Shown here: positions 19,381 to 29,705 of the stretch, piece by piece | How the letters are laid out: each line of letters begins with the position of its first letter | Numbering within the stretch: the first letter of the stretch is position 1 | NCBI GenBank assembly: GCA_963804745.1 | Contig: CAWDRY010000038.1 | Span: 56,047 to 88,046, forward strand | DNA: 32,000 nt | Origin: an uncultured Gemmataceae bacterium | GTDB taxonomy: Bacteria > Planctomycetota > Planctomycetia > Gemmatales > Gemmataceae | Direction: 5' to 3' | Position numbers and translations under genes: made by a program | Notes under the pieces: generated by a model | The model's database searches: none | The model's input: only the letters and a program-made list of their open reading frames with translations | Told to the model about the DNA's origin: nothing

Positions 19381-20946
19381 ATGTCCACAAACGCAATCAC
19401 CACCCAACCGACACTCCACATCGGCCGCCCCATCGGTCCCTGCGTCATGGTAACCTTCGGCGCATCGGGCGACCTAACGAAACGCAAGCTCCTGCCGGCG
19501 ATCTTCAACCTTGCTCACCAAAAACTGCTGCCGGAAGAGTTCGCCTTCGTCGGCTCAGCACGACGGGGGCTGACCAACGAGAGTTTCCGTCAAACCGCCC
19601 ATCAGGACTTGCAACAATTCGCATCATGTCCCGTGGAGACGGAGCTGTGGAACTGGTTCCAGCGCCGCCTCTATTACCTTCCCGGCGACTCGCAAGACGC
19701 TGGCTTCTACGAAAAACTGAAGCAACTGCTGAACAGGATCGACAAGGAGCACAAGACGGGCGGGAACTACTTCTTCTATCTGGCCACGGCTCCGGACCTG
19801 TTTGCACCCATCATTCAGCAACTAGGCAAGGCGGGACTCACCCAGGAAGAGAACGGCCATTGGCGGCGCGTCATCGTCGAGAAGCCTTTCGGCACCGATC
19901 TGGAATCGGCACGGCAGCTCAATCGCGACATCAGCGCGGTCCTCAATGAGAGCCAGGTTTACCGGATCGATCATTACCTCGGCAAGGAAACGGTGCAGAA
20001 CATCCTCGTCTTCCGGTTCGCCAACGGCATCTTCGAGCCGATCTGGAACCGGCGTTACGTGGATCACGTGCAGATCACCGTCGCGGAGGAACTCGGCGTC
20101 GAACAGCGCGGCAGTTACTTTGACAAATCCGGGGCGCTGCGCGACATGGTGCCGAACCACCTGTTTCAACTGCTGGCGCTGACTGCGATGGAGCCGCCCA
20201 TCTCGTTCGAGGCCGACAGCGTCCGCGACGAGCAGGCCAAGGTGCTGCATGCGCTGAAACCGATGACCACGGAAGATGTGGCCATGCGTGCCGTGCGCGG
20301 GCAGTACGGCGCGGGAACGATTCATGGCCAGCGCGTACCCGGTTATCGCGCGGAAGCCAACGTGGCGTCGAATTCCTGCACGGAAACGTTCGTCGCTCTC
20401 AAGCTCCTCATCGACAACTGGCGCTGGGCCGATGTGCCTTTCTATCTGCGGACCGGGAAGCGCCTGCCCCGGCGTGTCACGGAGATCGCCATTCAGTTCA
20501 AGTGCGCTCCCTTGATGCTGTTTCGGGAAACGGCGGTCGCTTGCGTGAATCCGAACCTGCTGGTCCTGCATATCCAGCCCGAGGAAGGCATCTCGCTGCG
20601 CTTCGAAGCCAAGGTGCCCGGCGCCGTGATGCGACTCGGAGCAGTCAACATGGACTTCCACTACGGCGACTACTTCGGCAACACTCCGAGCACGGGCTAC
20701 GAACGGCTGCTGCGCGACTGCATGATCGGCGACTCGACCTTGTTTCGCCGGGCCGACATGGTCGAGCACGCCTGGGCTACCGTCATGCCGATCCTGGAAG
20801 CGTGGCAGAGGAAGCCGTGTCCGGACATTCCCATGTACGCGGCGGGGACAGCGGGGCCAAGGGAAGCGGATGAGTTGATGCAGCGCGACCGGCGGATGTG
20901 GCGGGGGATAGCAATTGCGGCGGATCAAAAACAAGGGAAGGGGTGA
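19381..20946 (+). CDS. zwf: Glucose-6-phosphate dehydrogenase
   Basis: 521 aa: [75 protein letters not shown]-like motifs. Confidence 0.96.
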   Translation: MSTNAITTQPTLHIGRPIGPCVMVTFGASGDLTKRKLLPAIFNLAHQKLLPEEFAFVGSARRGLTNESFRQTAHQDLQQFASCPVETELWNWFQRRLYYLPGDSQDAGFYEKLKQLLNRIDKEHKTGGNYFFYLATAPDLFAPIIQQLGKAGLTQEENGHWRRVIVEKPFGTDLESARQLNRDISAVLNESQVYRIDHYLGKETVQNILVFRFANGIFEPIWNRRYVDHVQITVAEELGVEQRGSYFDKSGALRDMVPNHLFQLLALTAMEPPISFEADSVRDEQAKVLHALKPMTTEDVAMRAVRGQYGAGTIHGQRVPGYRAEANVASNSCTETFVALKLLIDNWRWADVPFYLRTGKRLPRRVTEIAIQFKCAPLMLFRETAVACVNPNLLVLHIQPEEGISLRFEAKVPGAVMRLGAVNMDFHYGDYFGNTPSTGYERLLRDCMIGDSTLFRRADMVEHAWATVMPILEAWQRKPCPDIPMYAAGTAGPREADELMQRDRRMWRGIAIAADQKQGKG

Positions 20947-21101
20947 GAAAGTCGGTTGTTATCCGCCTGTCGGCGATTCCATTCGTGATCGGGCCATTGC
21001 CCGGCTTGGTGTTGGCCGGTTTTCTTGTTTCGTGTAGCATGGAGTTGTTGCAGGTCCGTGCCGCCTGGGCAACAATTTGTTCCGCGTAAAAGGAGAATAT
21101 C

Positions 21102-21320
21102 ATGCAATCGCAACCCTCATTGCGCCAAATGACTCGTGATCCGGATGAAACTTCTGATCTGGAAACGCTCATGGCCGAGGTCGTTCCGGACCACGACACA
21201 TGGAAACAGACTCCGAATCCTGTTCTGGGCGGAAAGAAGCCCATCGACCTGATAAACTCGCCACAGGAACAGGTCTTACGTGATCTGCTCCGCGCTGCCA
21301 AGCATGGGATGATGTCGTGA
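21102..21320 (+). CDS. Putative antitoxin, C-terminal MbcA/ParS-like (DUF2384) segment, no HTH visible
   Basis: WKQTPNPVLGGKKPIDLINSPQEQVLRDLLRAAKHGMMS resembles Xre/MbcA/ParS toxin-binding domain; 4-nt overlap with the RES gene. Confidence 0.7.
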   Translation: MQSQPSLRQMTRDPDETSDLETLMAEVVPDHDTWKQTPNPVLGGKKPIDLINSPQEQVLRDLLRAAKHGMMS

Positions 21321-21928
21321 AACTGGCTAATTGCTATCGGCTGGCAAGACGACCGTTCACAGGGACGTGGTACCGAGCGATTAGACCTCAATTTCTGCAA
21401 ACCACACTTGCTTACGCACATACAAGGACGATTCCTGGCCGATTCAACGCTGGTTCAATCCCACGGCCCGGGTTCCCAATTCTTTACCTTGCCGAAGATC
21501 AGGTCGTGGCCCTCTTTGAAGTCTACGCTCTCTTGGGATCACCATTACCAGGACTACCTTTCCTGCCCAATCCGGCCTTACCCTGGGCAGTGATCAATGT
21601 GGACGTACAGTTAAGAAGCGTTGTCAATCTTTGTCGGGAGTCTCAACGCAAGATCGTCCAAACCACTGTTCAGGAGTTGACAGGTGACTGGCGAGGTTAT
21701 CTGCTCCGTAACCCAAGCCCGATGCTGAATCCACCCTATTGGACTCATGTTCCCACGCAGCGACTCGGTGCGGCGTTTCACGCCCTTCGTGGAGTGGAAG
21801 GCTTTCTCACTTACTCAGCAAAGGTTTCCACGCGCCGCAATCTGATCGTGTTCCCGGACAAACTCCGCTCCGGAAGTTTCGTTCGCTACACCGATCCAGC
21901 AACCGGCCAGATCCATTCGATTCCATAA
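21317..21928 (+). CDS. RES family NAD+ phosphorylase-like toxin
   Basis: YRLARRPFTGTWYRAI... GRFNAGSIPRPGFPILYLAEDQVVALFEVYALLG... ARYTD-like C-terminus, conserved RES core. Confidence 0.83.
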   Translation: MKLANCYRLARRPFTGTWYRAIRPQFLQTTLAYAHTRTIPGRFNAGSIPRPGFPILYLAEDQVVALFEVYALLGSPLPGLPFLPNPALPWAVINVDVQLRSVVNLCRESQRKIVQTTVQELTGDWRGYLLRNPSPMLNPPYWTHVPTQRLGAAFHALRGVEGFLTYSAKVSTRRNLIVFPDKLRSGSFVRYTDPATGQIHSIP

Positions 21929-22424
21929 TCACAGCAGCCGGCTCATCAGAAAGAAAGTCTTCGGGCGTCTTCGCGAACTTTCGGCGAATGAACCTGGTGA
22001 ACAGCGGCACTGAGAAGCAGTACTGCTTCTCTTGAACCGTTGCCGTTTTTGCCGGTAAAAAAGGTGCCGGCGACACCGGCATTTTGACGCATGTTCAAAT
22101 CAGCACACACCTTACAACGTGGCACTTGGTGCCGGTTTACAAAAGTACCGGCAAAGGATAGGTAATGTCCTCATTTGGGCGCCGCATAACTGCCATTGTG
22201 TCAAGTGGTTGTGGCAAGCGAGCCGGGGAATGTCAGGGATTTGGTTTGCAAACGGCGGGGAAAAGGCCGAAAATCGAGAGATATGTGGTGGTTGCCTGGT
22301 GCCGACACAAGAGGAAGGAGAGGCGGGACACTCTGCTCAGTGTGGTGGTGACATGGTACCCGCAAAGACGTAGAATGCGTGGTGGGGAAGAAACGCAGCG
22401 GAATGTCGAGCACGAGGTGAAATC

Positions 22425-22622
22425 ATGGCTAACCCAAGCGTAGCGAATTCAGAACATAGTCTGACGCTGGAGCAACGCCGCCGTTTCCTGAAGTTGCCGC
22501 TGGAGGAACGCCGGCGGCAGATGGCCGAGCAAGCGGCTCAAATGGTGCAACACTACGAGTCGCCTTTTGAGGTCCATGATCGCATGGAATGGCAGGGAGT
22601 CGACATTGTTGAGTGTGCATAG
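22425..22622 (+). CDS. Putative antitoxin upstream of MazF-like remnant
   Basis: 65 aa, LTLEQRRRFLKLPLEERRRQMAEQAAQMVQHYE...; 3' end overlaps the toxin remnant start. Confidence 0.5.
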   Translation: MANPSVANSEHSLTLEQRRRFLKLPLEERRRQMAEQAAQMVQHYESPFEVHDRMEWQGVDIVECA

Positions 22623-22826
22623 TTCCCCTCCGAAGCGGGGCGAAGTCTGGAAGGTCAGCTTTGATCCAACGATCGGCACCGAGATTCGCAAGACACGGCC
22701 CGCGTGTTGCAAGCAAGAGGCATGGACACACAACGTTTCGTCCAACGGTTGGGGGCAGTGTCGCCGGATAAGCTGGAAGAAATCTTATTGGCCATCGCCG
22801 CCGTGATCGAATACCCAGACACCTGA
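22615..22826 (+). pseudogene. MazF/PemK-like toxin remnant with internal deletion
   Basis: N-terminus PPKRGEVWKVSFDPTIGTEIRKTRPA, then directly (other frame) RFVQRLGAVSPDKLEEILLAIAAVIEYPDT*, matching the two ends of MazF but not its middle. Confidence 0.68.
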
Positions 22827-22851
22827 CTGGCTGCTTGCGATCCTGAACGCG

Positions 22852-23217
22852 GTGGAACGGCTGGCGAATGCGTGTTGTTCGGAATGTGACCGTGTTCGGC
22901 AGGACTTGGCCATCGCGGAATCCCAACTTCGCGACTACCAGGCGCGCCTTGGAAAGCCTTTCCTCTATGAGTCCTACCTGGACCAACTCACCGCCCTTCG
23001 GGACCAACTCAAGGCCGGCCTCGCGGGCAGGACTCCGCAGGCAACAAGCGAACCGTTGCCGAGCGTTGCCGAAGTAGCCGAGAGCATCAAGGCTCTTCGG
23101 GCTGCACACACCATTGAGGCAGCTCCGGAGCGCGTCGGCAAAAGCCGTGGCTCCGCAGAGGAGCCGGTCACCGCGCGTATCCGCCGGCGGATGGAGGGGG
23201 TTCTGGAAAACCCGTGA
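22852..23217 (+). CDS. Hypothetical protein or C-terminal fragment, coiled-coil/basic tail
   Basis: 121-aa ORF MERLANACCSECDRVRQDLAIAESQLRDYQARLGKPF... EEPVTARIRRRMEGVLENP. Confidence 0.4.
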   Translation: MERLANACCSECDRVRQDLAIAESQLRDYQARLGKPFLYESYLDQLTALRDQLKAGLAGRTPQATSEPLPSVAEVAESIKALRAAHTIEAAPERVGKSRGSAEEPVTARIRRRMEGVLENP

Positions 23218-23711
23218 CGGGGGTCCGGTCAACTTCATCGGCTTTGTTCTACGCGGATATTCTGAATGTCCCGGTTACCCGCTATTACGTCGAGCTTGCC
23301 GGTGGAGAAATCGGCGGCTTCGACACTCATGGCGGCCAGGCCGACAACCACGCGGCCCTGCTCCATCAATTCTCGGAAGCCGTGGCGGCCTTCATGGACG
23401 ACCTGAAACGCGACAAGCTTGTGGATCGAGTCCTCTTGCTGACGTTCTCGGAGTTCGGCCGGACGGTTCAGGAGAACGGCCGGCGTGGCACCGATCACGG
23501 CTCAGCCGCCCCGATGTTCCTGGTAGGCGGTCGCGTCAAGGGCGGTCTTATCGGCGCTGACCCGAACCTCACCGACCTGGAGAACGGCGGCCAGAAGCAC
23601 CACACCGATTTCCGCCGCGTGTACGCGACCGTGCTCGAGCGCTGGCTCGGTTTCGACAGCCAAGCTGTGCTCGGCGGCCGGTTTGAGCCTGTGGACGTAG
23701 TCCGGGGCTGA
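23214..23711 (+). pseudogene. DUF1501 domain-containing protein, C-terminal fragment
   Basis: YYVELAGGEIGGFDTHGGQADNHAALLHQFSEAVAAFMDDLKRDKLVDRVLLLTFSEFGRTVQENGRRGTDHGSAAPMFLVGG...; the N-terminal portion is absent. Confidence 0.78.
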
Positions 23712-24339
23712 ATTGCAGGGGTGTTGGCAACGGTTTGACGCGGTAAAAGCCGGGGTTTTCGAAAACCGCCCTGGAAAATCAACCCGATTTTGCCCAAAAA
23801 CGCCCAAAACTGCCCACGCCCCCACGGAATCACATCAAAAACATTGGGAATTCATGCGTTTTCGTAGCCACTTATGGCCGCTTCGGAGTTTTTTGCGAGC
23901 TTGCCTGGTTAGACGGATGTTGGTGGTGGATAACGAGTTCGGAAAACTGCGGCGTTGCCAAGTAGGGGGAGATTGGCAACGGTGAATTTTCCGGGCGCTG
24001 CGTCCTTTGACGTATCTGCTGTGCGAATTTGGGTTTGTGCTGTTTTTTGAGCGTGGGTTGGACCCTTTTGTTTACCCTGGTTGTCCGGCAAAAGGGTCAG
24101 ACCTCCGCACCGTAGTGTCGTGATTGGCCTTGGAATTCTTGGAGTTTGATCCGCGTTTGATCCGCGTTCCATCCGTGGCGAAAAATTCGGTAAGAAAACC
24201 GCCGAACGCCGGAACACTTGCCGATTCGCCCGTATAAGTAGGTGGGCGGAGGCCGGTTCACCCTGTCCAACTGCCCTTCGCCTGCCATAATGACAGGATA
24301 TCCCGTGACCCATTCATCCTCGCCGCCGGGAGTACAACC

Positions 24340-26732
24340 ATGATTGCCTTATCCTGTTCGAGTTGTGGTCAGCGGTTATCCATCAAGGTGGAAATGGCAG
24401 GTCGGAAGGGCAAGTGTCCCAAGTGCGGCAAGCCGATCCAGGTTCCCTCTTTGGATCGGTCCGCAGGCGCAGATTGGCCGCCGTCACCGGACGCTCTGGC
24501 AGTCCCGCCGCCGCCGGCCATCCATGTAACCGGGGCGAGCGACTCGGACACGAACGGACCGGAACCCGGCGCCGAGGTAACTCCCGAAGACTATGCCTTT
24601 CTGACCCCAGCCAAGGGACCGGGCGAACTCGGCTGGCTGGGATCGTACCGCGTTCTGAAAGTGCTCGGCGCCGGCGGCATGGGGATCGTTTTCCAGGCGG
24701 AAGATCCGAAGTTGAAGCGTCTGGTGGCCCTCAAGGCCATGCGGCCGGGGCTGACTCTCAGTCCGGCGGCCAAGCAGCGATTCCTGCGCGAGGCCCAGGC
24801 CGCTGCCGCCATCGAACACGATCATATCGTCGGCATCTTTCAGGTGGCGGAAGATCGCGGCGTCCCCTTTCTGGCGATGCCGTTCCTCAAGGGCGAATCA
24901 TTGGATGCCCGGCTGAACCGTGACAGCTCGTTGCCGATGCCGGATGTGCTGCGCATCGGTCGGGAGATTGCCGAGGGATTGGACGCCGCCCACCAGCACG
25001 GCCTCATTCATCGCGACATCAAGCCGGCCAACATCTGGCTCGAAACCAGAGGGCGAGCCGAGCGGCGTCAGCCGCCGGGTGAGTCAGAACCCGGGGGCCG
25101 GGTAAAAATCCTTGATTTCGGCATGGTCAGGACTGCCGACAGCAAGACCCACCTTACCCAAACAGGCGCCATCCTCGGCACACCGGCGTACATGGCTCCC
25201 GAACAAGCGCGCGGCCTGCCGGTTGATGCTCGCTGTGACCTGTTCAGTCTCGGCTGCATGTTGTACCGCATGACGACGGCCACGCTGCCGTTCACGGGCA
25301 CCGATCCGCTTTCGGTACTCATGTCGGTAACGACCGATGATCCTGAACCGCCACGCAAACTGAATCCGGCGGTGCCGGCGGCGCTGTCCGATCTGATCAT
25401 GAAGCTGCTGGCCAAAGACCCAAAGGACCGGCCGGCCTCGGCGCGAGCAGTGGTAGAGGCGATTGAGGCCATCGAGCGCAGACTGGCCAGCGCGGCCGTC
25501 CCGGTGGCCAAGAGCTTGGGTACGTCAGCGGGCTCAAAGACCAGGTTTCTACGCCGTGCCTCTTCGGTACTCGCCCTCGGCGCCGCGACTCCTATGGCTG
25601 CTGCTGGTCGTGCCGGCATTATGGCTTCTGCGCATCGGCATGGGCTATCTACGCCGGCGTCCTCGTTTGCGAATGGGCGTCGTCATCGGCATGTTCTTCC
25701 TGGCACTTGGGTTAGCGGCTTTGGTGGTCATTCGCATCAATACGGACAAGGGTACGGTCGTCATTGAGAGCGACGATCCTGATGTCGAAGTGGTCGTCAA
25801 ACAGGGCGGCAAGCAGATAGAGATCATCGATCTCAAGACGAAGAACAAAATCGAGCTGAAGGGTGGCGAGTACGAGTTCCAGTTGGCAAAGGAAGGAACC
25901 GGTCTGCGTTTGTCCACGGATCGGCTGACACTTATGCGCGGGGACAAGAAGATGGTCAAGATCCGCCGCGCGGAGGGGCTTCCCAAGGAAATCACCAACT
26001 CCATCGGCATGAAACTGGTGCTGATCCCCGCCGGCAAGTTCGTGATGGGCTCGCCCGCTTCCGAGGCGAATCGCCAACCCGACGAGGAACAGCACCAGGT
26101 TGAGATCACGAAGCCATTTTACATGGGCGTGTACACTGTCACGCAGGCAGAATATGAAAAGGTCATGGGCAAGAACCCCAGTTACTTTTCCGCCACTGGT
26201 GGTGGCAAGGATCGCGTGCAGGGCAAGGATACCAGTATGTTCCCGGTGGAACAGGTCTCGTGGTCAGAAGCGGTCGAATTCTGCAGTAAGCTGTCCGAGT
26301 TGCCAGAGGAAAAAGACAAAGGGCGGCAAATACCGCTTGCCCACGGAGGCCGAGTGGGAGTATAGTTGTCGCGCTGGTACGACAACTCGCTTCTACAGCG
26401 GGGACAGTGACGAAAGCCTGGCCGGTGTGGCCAATTTCGCGGGGAGCAAAGTGGGGATGCCAACCCCGGTAGGTCAGTTCAACCCTAATGCTTTCGGACT
26501 GTACGACATGCACGGGAACGTATGGCAATGGTGTGCAGACTGGTTTGAGGTGGATTACTACAAGAAGAGTCCTGGGCAAGATCCGCAAGGGCCGGGCGCC
26601 GGCGCGTTCCGCGTTTTTCGTGGCGGCTCGTTCCACAGCGGTGCCCGCGACTGTCGCTCGGCGTACCGCAACAGTCGCGGGCCTTTGGCCCGCAACGACT
26701 TCTTCGGTTTTCGTGTCGTGTGTGTGCAGTAG
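24340..26732 (+). CDS. Zinc-ribbon / serine-threonine protein kinase / TM / formylglycine-generating-enzyme-like fusion protein, two apparent frameshifts
   Basis: CSSCGQRLSIKVEMAGRKGKCPKCGK; kinase motifs LGAGGMGIVFQAED, HRDIKPANI, DFGM, GTPAYMAPEQ; TM region near 25600-25740; IGMKLVLIPAGKFVMGSP...YRLPTEAEWEYSCRAGTTTRFYSGD...NVWQWCADWF...FRGGSF. ORFs 24340..25767, 25463..26365 and 26100..26732. Confidence 0.88.
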
Positions 26733-27081
26733 TTTCTGGCCGGGTCTTGTCCTCTGTATTCTCTGTTCTCTGACCTCTGTTACGAAGGACGGCCGTGAGC
26801 GGCGGCAACGGGCAGTAGAATGGCAAGCATCGGGATGGCCGGAGTAGCTACTGGCCGGCTTGCCCGGCATCCTGCGGTTGCATCTCTCCATTTGTCCCGC
26901 AAGCCTTGCCATCAGCAATCGTTGTTGCTAATCTTACATCTCCATAACAGGCCAAACCGTAGGTGAATTGGTTCCTGCCACCAGCGCCACCAGCGCGGGG
27001 TTGAGCCAACCATAGCTCAGGGAAACTCCGCTTTCAAATGAGGCAAAACACTTGCGAGCCGCATGGACATTGCCATCCACG

Positions 27082-27648
27082 CTACCGCACGGACACCACC
27101 AGCTTTTTTGCTTTTTCCAATGGATGTTCTCCGGTGTAGTTCTCGCCCATGAAGACCTCCTTGATTGTGGCATTACGAAGATTTGGGTCTAGCATCTTCT
27201 CATACGCGACCAACACTCGGAATGCATCTCCCTCCTCTCCAGTTATGGCTTCCGCGCCACCAACAATGTGACAGTTGCGGGAGTCAGGGCTAAAAGGAAT
27301 GACGGCATTGTCCTCATCGAAAAAAATGTGCTTGAGTCTTATGGTCGGTTGGGTATTGAGGAGAGTGCTTTGCAATTTCTGCAAATCATACCGGTTTGCA
27401 GCGGAATCGTTCGTCACGGTTGTTTCAAACTCCAGCAAATACTCGAGTTCAATACCACACACCAGACAGCCCTTTTGATGTTCGTAAGGGCGTTCGGTGA
27501 GTTTCAAGGACAACTTTTTCATTTTCAGACCCGGAATCCGGCTGATCCCCCGAATCCCAGTATCATCGTCCACCGTTCCTTTGTCGTTCCCAGCCGTGTC
27601 GGTCGCGGGAACATCGTTCACCTGATCGTTGCTAGCGGTATCGGTCAT
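27082..27648 (-). CDS. Hypothetical protein
   Basis: Uninterrupted 188-aa ORF, no family recognised; in a same-strand gene group. Confidence 0.5.
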   Translation of the reverse strand: MTDTASNDQVNDVPATDTAGNDKGTVDDDTGIRGISRIPGLKMKKLSLKLTERPYEHQKGCLVCGIELEYLLEFETTVTNDSAANRYDLQKLQSTLLNTQPTIRLKHIFFDEDNAVIPFSPDSRNCHIVGGAEAITGEEGDAFRVLVAYEKMLDPNLRNATIKEVFMGENYTGEHPLEKAKKLVVSVR

Positions 27649-27685
27649 GGTCTTTCTCCGAATTTGGCGTGCGTGTTCCTTGTGT

Positions 27686-27928
27686 TCAGAAATGATAAGT
27701 CAGCACTTCTTCGATGATCGCACCCTTGAACCATTCGCCTTCCAGTCTGTGCTGGGCAAACTTGCCGTGGAATGAGAGTTCGTCATCGGGTGTTCCCGGT
27801 ATGATCCCAATAAGAATCAGCTTGTGCGGATTGCCCGTTTGCAAATCAGACAAACGTTGCTCAGGTTTCTTTGAGGAGTAACCGATTTTGATGGCTTGAC
27901 TTACCGTGTCTTTGATGAAGTAAATCAT
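27686..27928 (-). CDS. GIY-YIG nuclease family protein (small, T5orf172/MUG113-like)
   Basis: MIYFIKDTVSQAIKIGYSSKKPEQRLSDLQTGNPHKLILIGIIPGTPDDELSFHGKFAQHRLEGEWFKG. Confidence 0.78.
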   Translation of the reverse strand: MIYFIKDTVSQAIKIGYSSKKPEQRLSDLQTGNPHKLILIGIIPGTPDDELSFHGKFAQHRLEGEWFKGAIIEEVLTYHF

Positions 27929-27975
27929 GGCAATTCTCTCCGAGGATACCTCTCTGGTAGGACACTATCCACGTA

Positions 27976-28191
27976 TCATATTACGTTCTCAGTTTCTTCG
28001 GCCTTTTTCAAAACTCGCTTCGCCTCCGCCAGCGCCGCACGGATAGCGAACTGCGTCATCGGTCGGCGATCGATTTTGGCGGCGGCTTGAACAAGTTCGT
28101 ACTCCTCTTCCGTATACCAGAGTTGCGACGGCTTGTAGCCGAGTTTCGCCATGCGTTTCCCGCCAGATTCTGTGCCTTGCTTTTTGAGCAT
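27976..28191 (-). CDS. Small DNA-binding/antitoxin-like protein (ribbon-helix-helix-like)
   Basis: KPSQLWYTEEEYELVQAAAKIDRRPMTQFAIRAALAEAKRVLKKAEE. Confidence 0.45.
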   Translation of the reverse strand: MLKKQGTESGGKRMAKLGYKPSQLWYTEEEYELVQAAAKIDRRPMTQFAIRAALAEAKRVLKKAEETENVI

Positions 28192-28222
28192 TGGTCCCTC
28201 CCTTGCCGTGTCGATCCCGCCA

Positions 28223-29277
28223 TCACGATTGTTCCTCAGGATCATTCTGCTCGGAAGCAGGTTCCGGCCATTCAGGCCAGAGCCTTTGGCAAAGGTCGCC
28301 TATTTCAAATTCCTCAACTTCGCCGGAGCTCGGCTCAAGAATGATGTTTACCTGGATGTCAAATGTAACCCTACCCGAGAAATGACCGTCAACGCTACGG
28401 TCTTTGTATTGGCAATTCACGATGCCATCGGCCCGGTAAACGATGAAAATGGAAAGACGATCATCCTCCATTTGCCAGGCATTGATGTAGAATTGCTCCG
28501 GCACATCCGCGAGGTGCGCGAGCTGCGGTGAATCGAAAGAGGGAGTATTGAAATGAGAGGGAAAACTCCCCCAGCCGATGATGTCCTCACTCACGGCTTC
28601 GAAAATCTCGCTGTGGTTGTCCGCAAACAATTGACGAAGGTTGAAGGCTGGGTGTTTGTCGTTGTAAATCATGGGCCACAGTTTTTCAAAGGTCTCCAAT
28701 CGTTGTTTTACGTGTCCTTTCACAAAAGAGAATAAAGTTCGGTAGAACTGGACTCGATTGCTGGGTATCATGCGTTTTTCCAGGTCAGCAGCCAAATCAG
28801 GCGCAGCTCGCCAGGCTTGCCGAAATCGCGCACACTTTCCGTGATTATGGTGATCGTATCTTGGCTGTGGGTCAGAAATTCATCCGCCATTTGCCAGATT
28901 ATTGTGCCCTTAACCGACCTGGATTCGCGTGCTGTTAGAACAATGTCGTTATGGCCTGCCTGCTCGATGCCCAGAACCGTTAACCTGGTGGAAAGCGTTG
29001 TCCTGTAACGATTCTCTTCCTCGTCCAAACAAACAGGTGGAAACCTCCACTCAGCATCCCTTGGCAATAATCTGCTCATTGCTTTTAGCCCCTTGTCGAT
29101 CATTGCCGCTGCATCTTTGATGCCTTTCCGGAAGTTTGTTGCTGCCTCATCCATCACTATTTCAGGCACAACGATTTTCGTATCTTCGCAACTCTTCCAG
29201 TCGCGAAGCCAATTGCATTTCCTTCCCTGAAAGTAAGGATTCTTGACAAATTCCATCGAATCAATGATTACAATCAC
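28223..29277 (-). CDS. PIN-like domain protein (DUF4935-like), probable single gene split by a frameshift near 28795
   Basis: MIVIIDSMEFVKNPYFQG...KIVVPEIVMDEAATNFRKGI...AGHNDIVLTARES (ORF 28768..29277), continuing as LAADLEKRMIPSNRVQFYRTLFSFVKG... (ORF 28223..28795). Confidence 0.55.
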
Positions 29278-29415
29278 AATTGTCTACCTCCTCTCGTCAG
29301 CTACACTCCATTCCGTTTCTCATAACATTGTCATTCTATACCTGTTCTATAGAATAGTCAAGGAGGGAAAATCACTTTTTGCCGCCCAGAAGACGTGGAA
29401 GGCAAAATGGCAGCT

Positions 29416-29646
29416 GGGGTCAGCAACCTTAACAGACATCCTTACTCTTAATATGTTCCTCACCCTGCCGCCGGTGTAAAAGTCCAGGAATGTACCGTGC
29501 CGGCAGCAAGCTATTCCGGGGAACGCGGGTTTGCAGGATAATGGCAGGGCGCCGTCTGGGCTACCTCGTGGCGCCACCTTTGGTAATTTTCCACCAGTGT
29601 TTATTGCCGTGAATCGCTGTTTGCGCCTGCACAGCCACGCTTGTCA
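29416..29646 (+). repeat. 231-bp dispersed repeat, copy 1
   Basis: GGGGTCAGCAACCTTAACAGACATCCTTACTCTTAATATGTTCCTCACC...CACAGCCACGCTTGTCA; about 93% identical by eye to copy 2. Confidence 0.9.
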
Positions 29647-29705
29647 CCCTTGCGTTATAATACAATTGTGTTAGCATACTATCCGGCGGCGGCCAGGAGC
29701 AGTGT

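Noticed and set aside
19822-20934. 370-aa minus-strand ORF opposite zwf
   Set aside because: Antisense to a clearly conserved glucose-6-phosphate dehydrogenase, low complexity with no family motifs.
23754-23767. Perfect palindrome GGTTTTCGAAAACC
   Set aside because: Short 14-bp palindrome without a loop or a repeated partner; it could be an operator or chance, and there is insufficient evidence to call a feature.
26610-26735. C-terminal FRGGSF...RDCRSAYRNSRGPLARNDFFGFRVV resembles the variable region of diversity-generating retroelement targets
   Set aside because: No reverse transcriptase, accessory gene or near-identical adenine-rich template repeat was seen in the window; this motif is also normal for FGE-like domains.
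29347-29577. Antisense ORFs inside the dispersed repeats (MAPRGSPDGALPLSCKPAFPGIACC...)
   Set aside because: The similarity is explained by DNA repeat conservation; there is no recognised domain, and the repeat itself is the better annotation.
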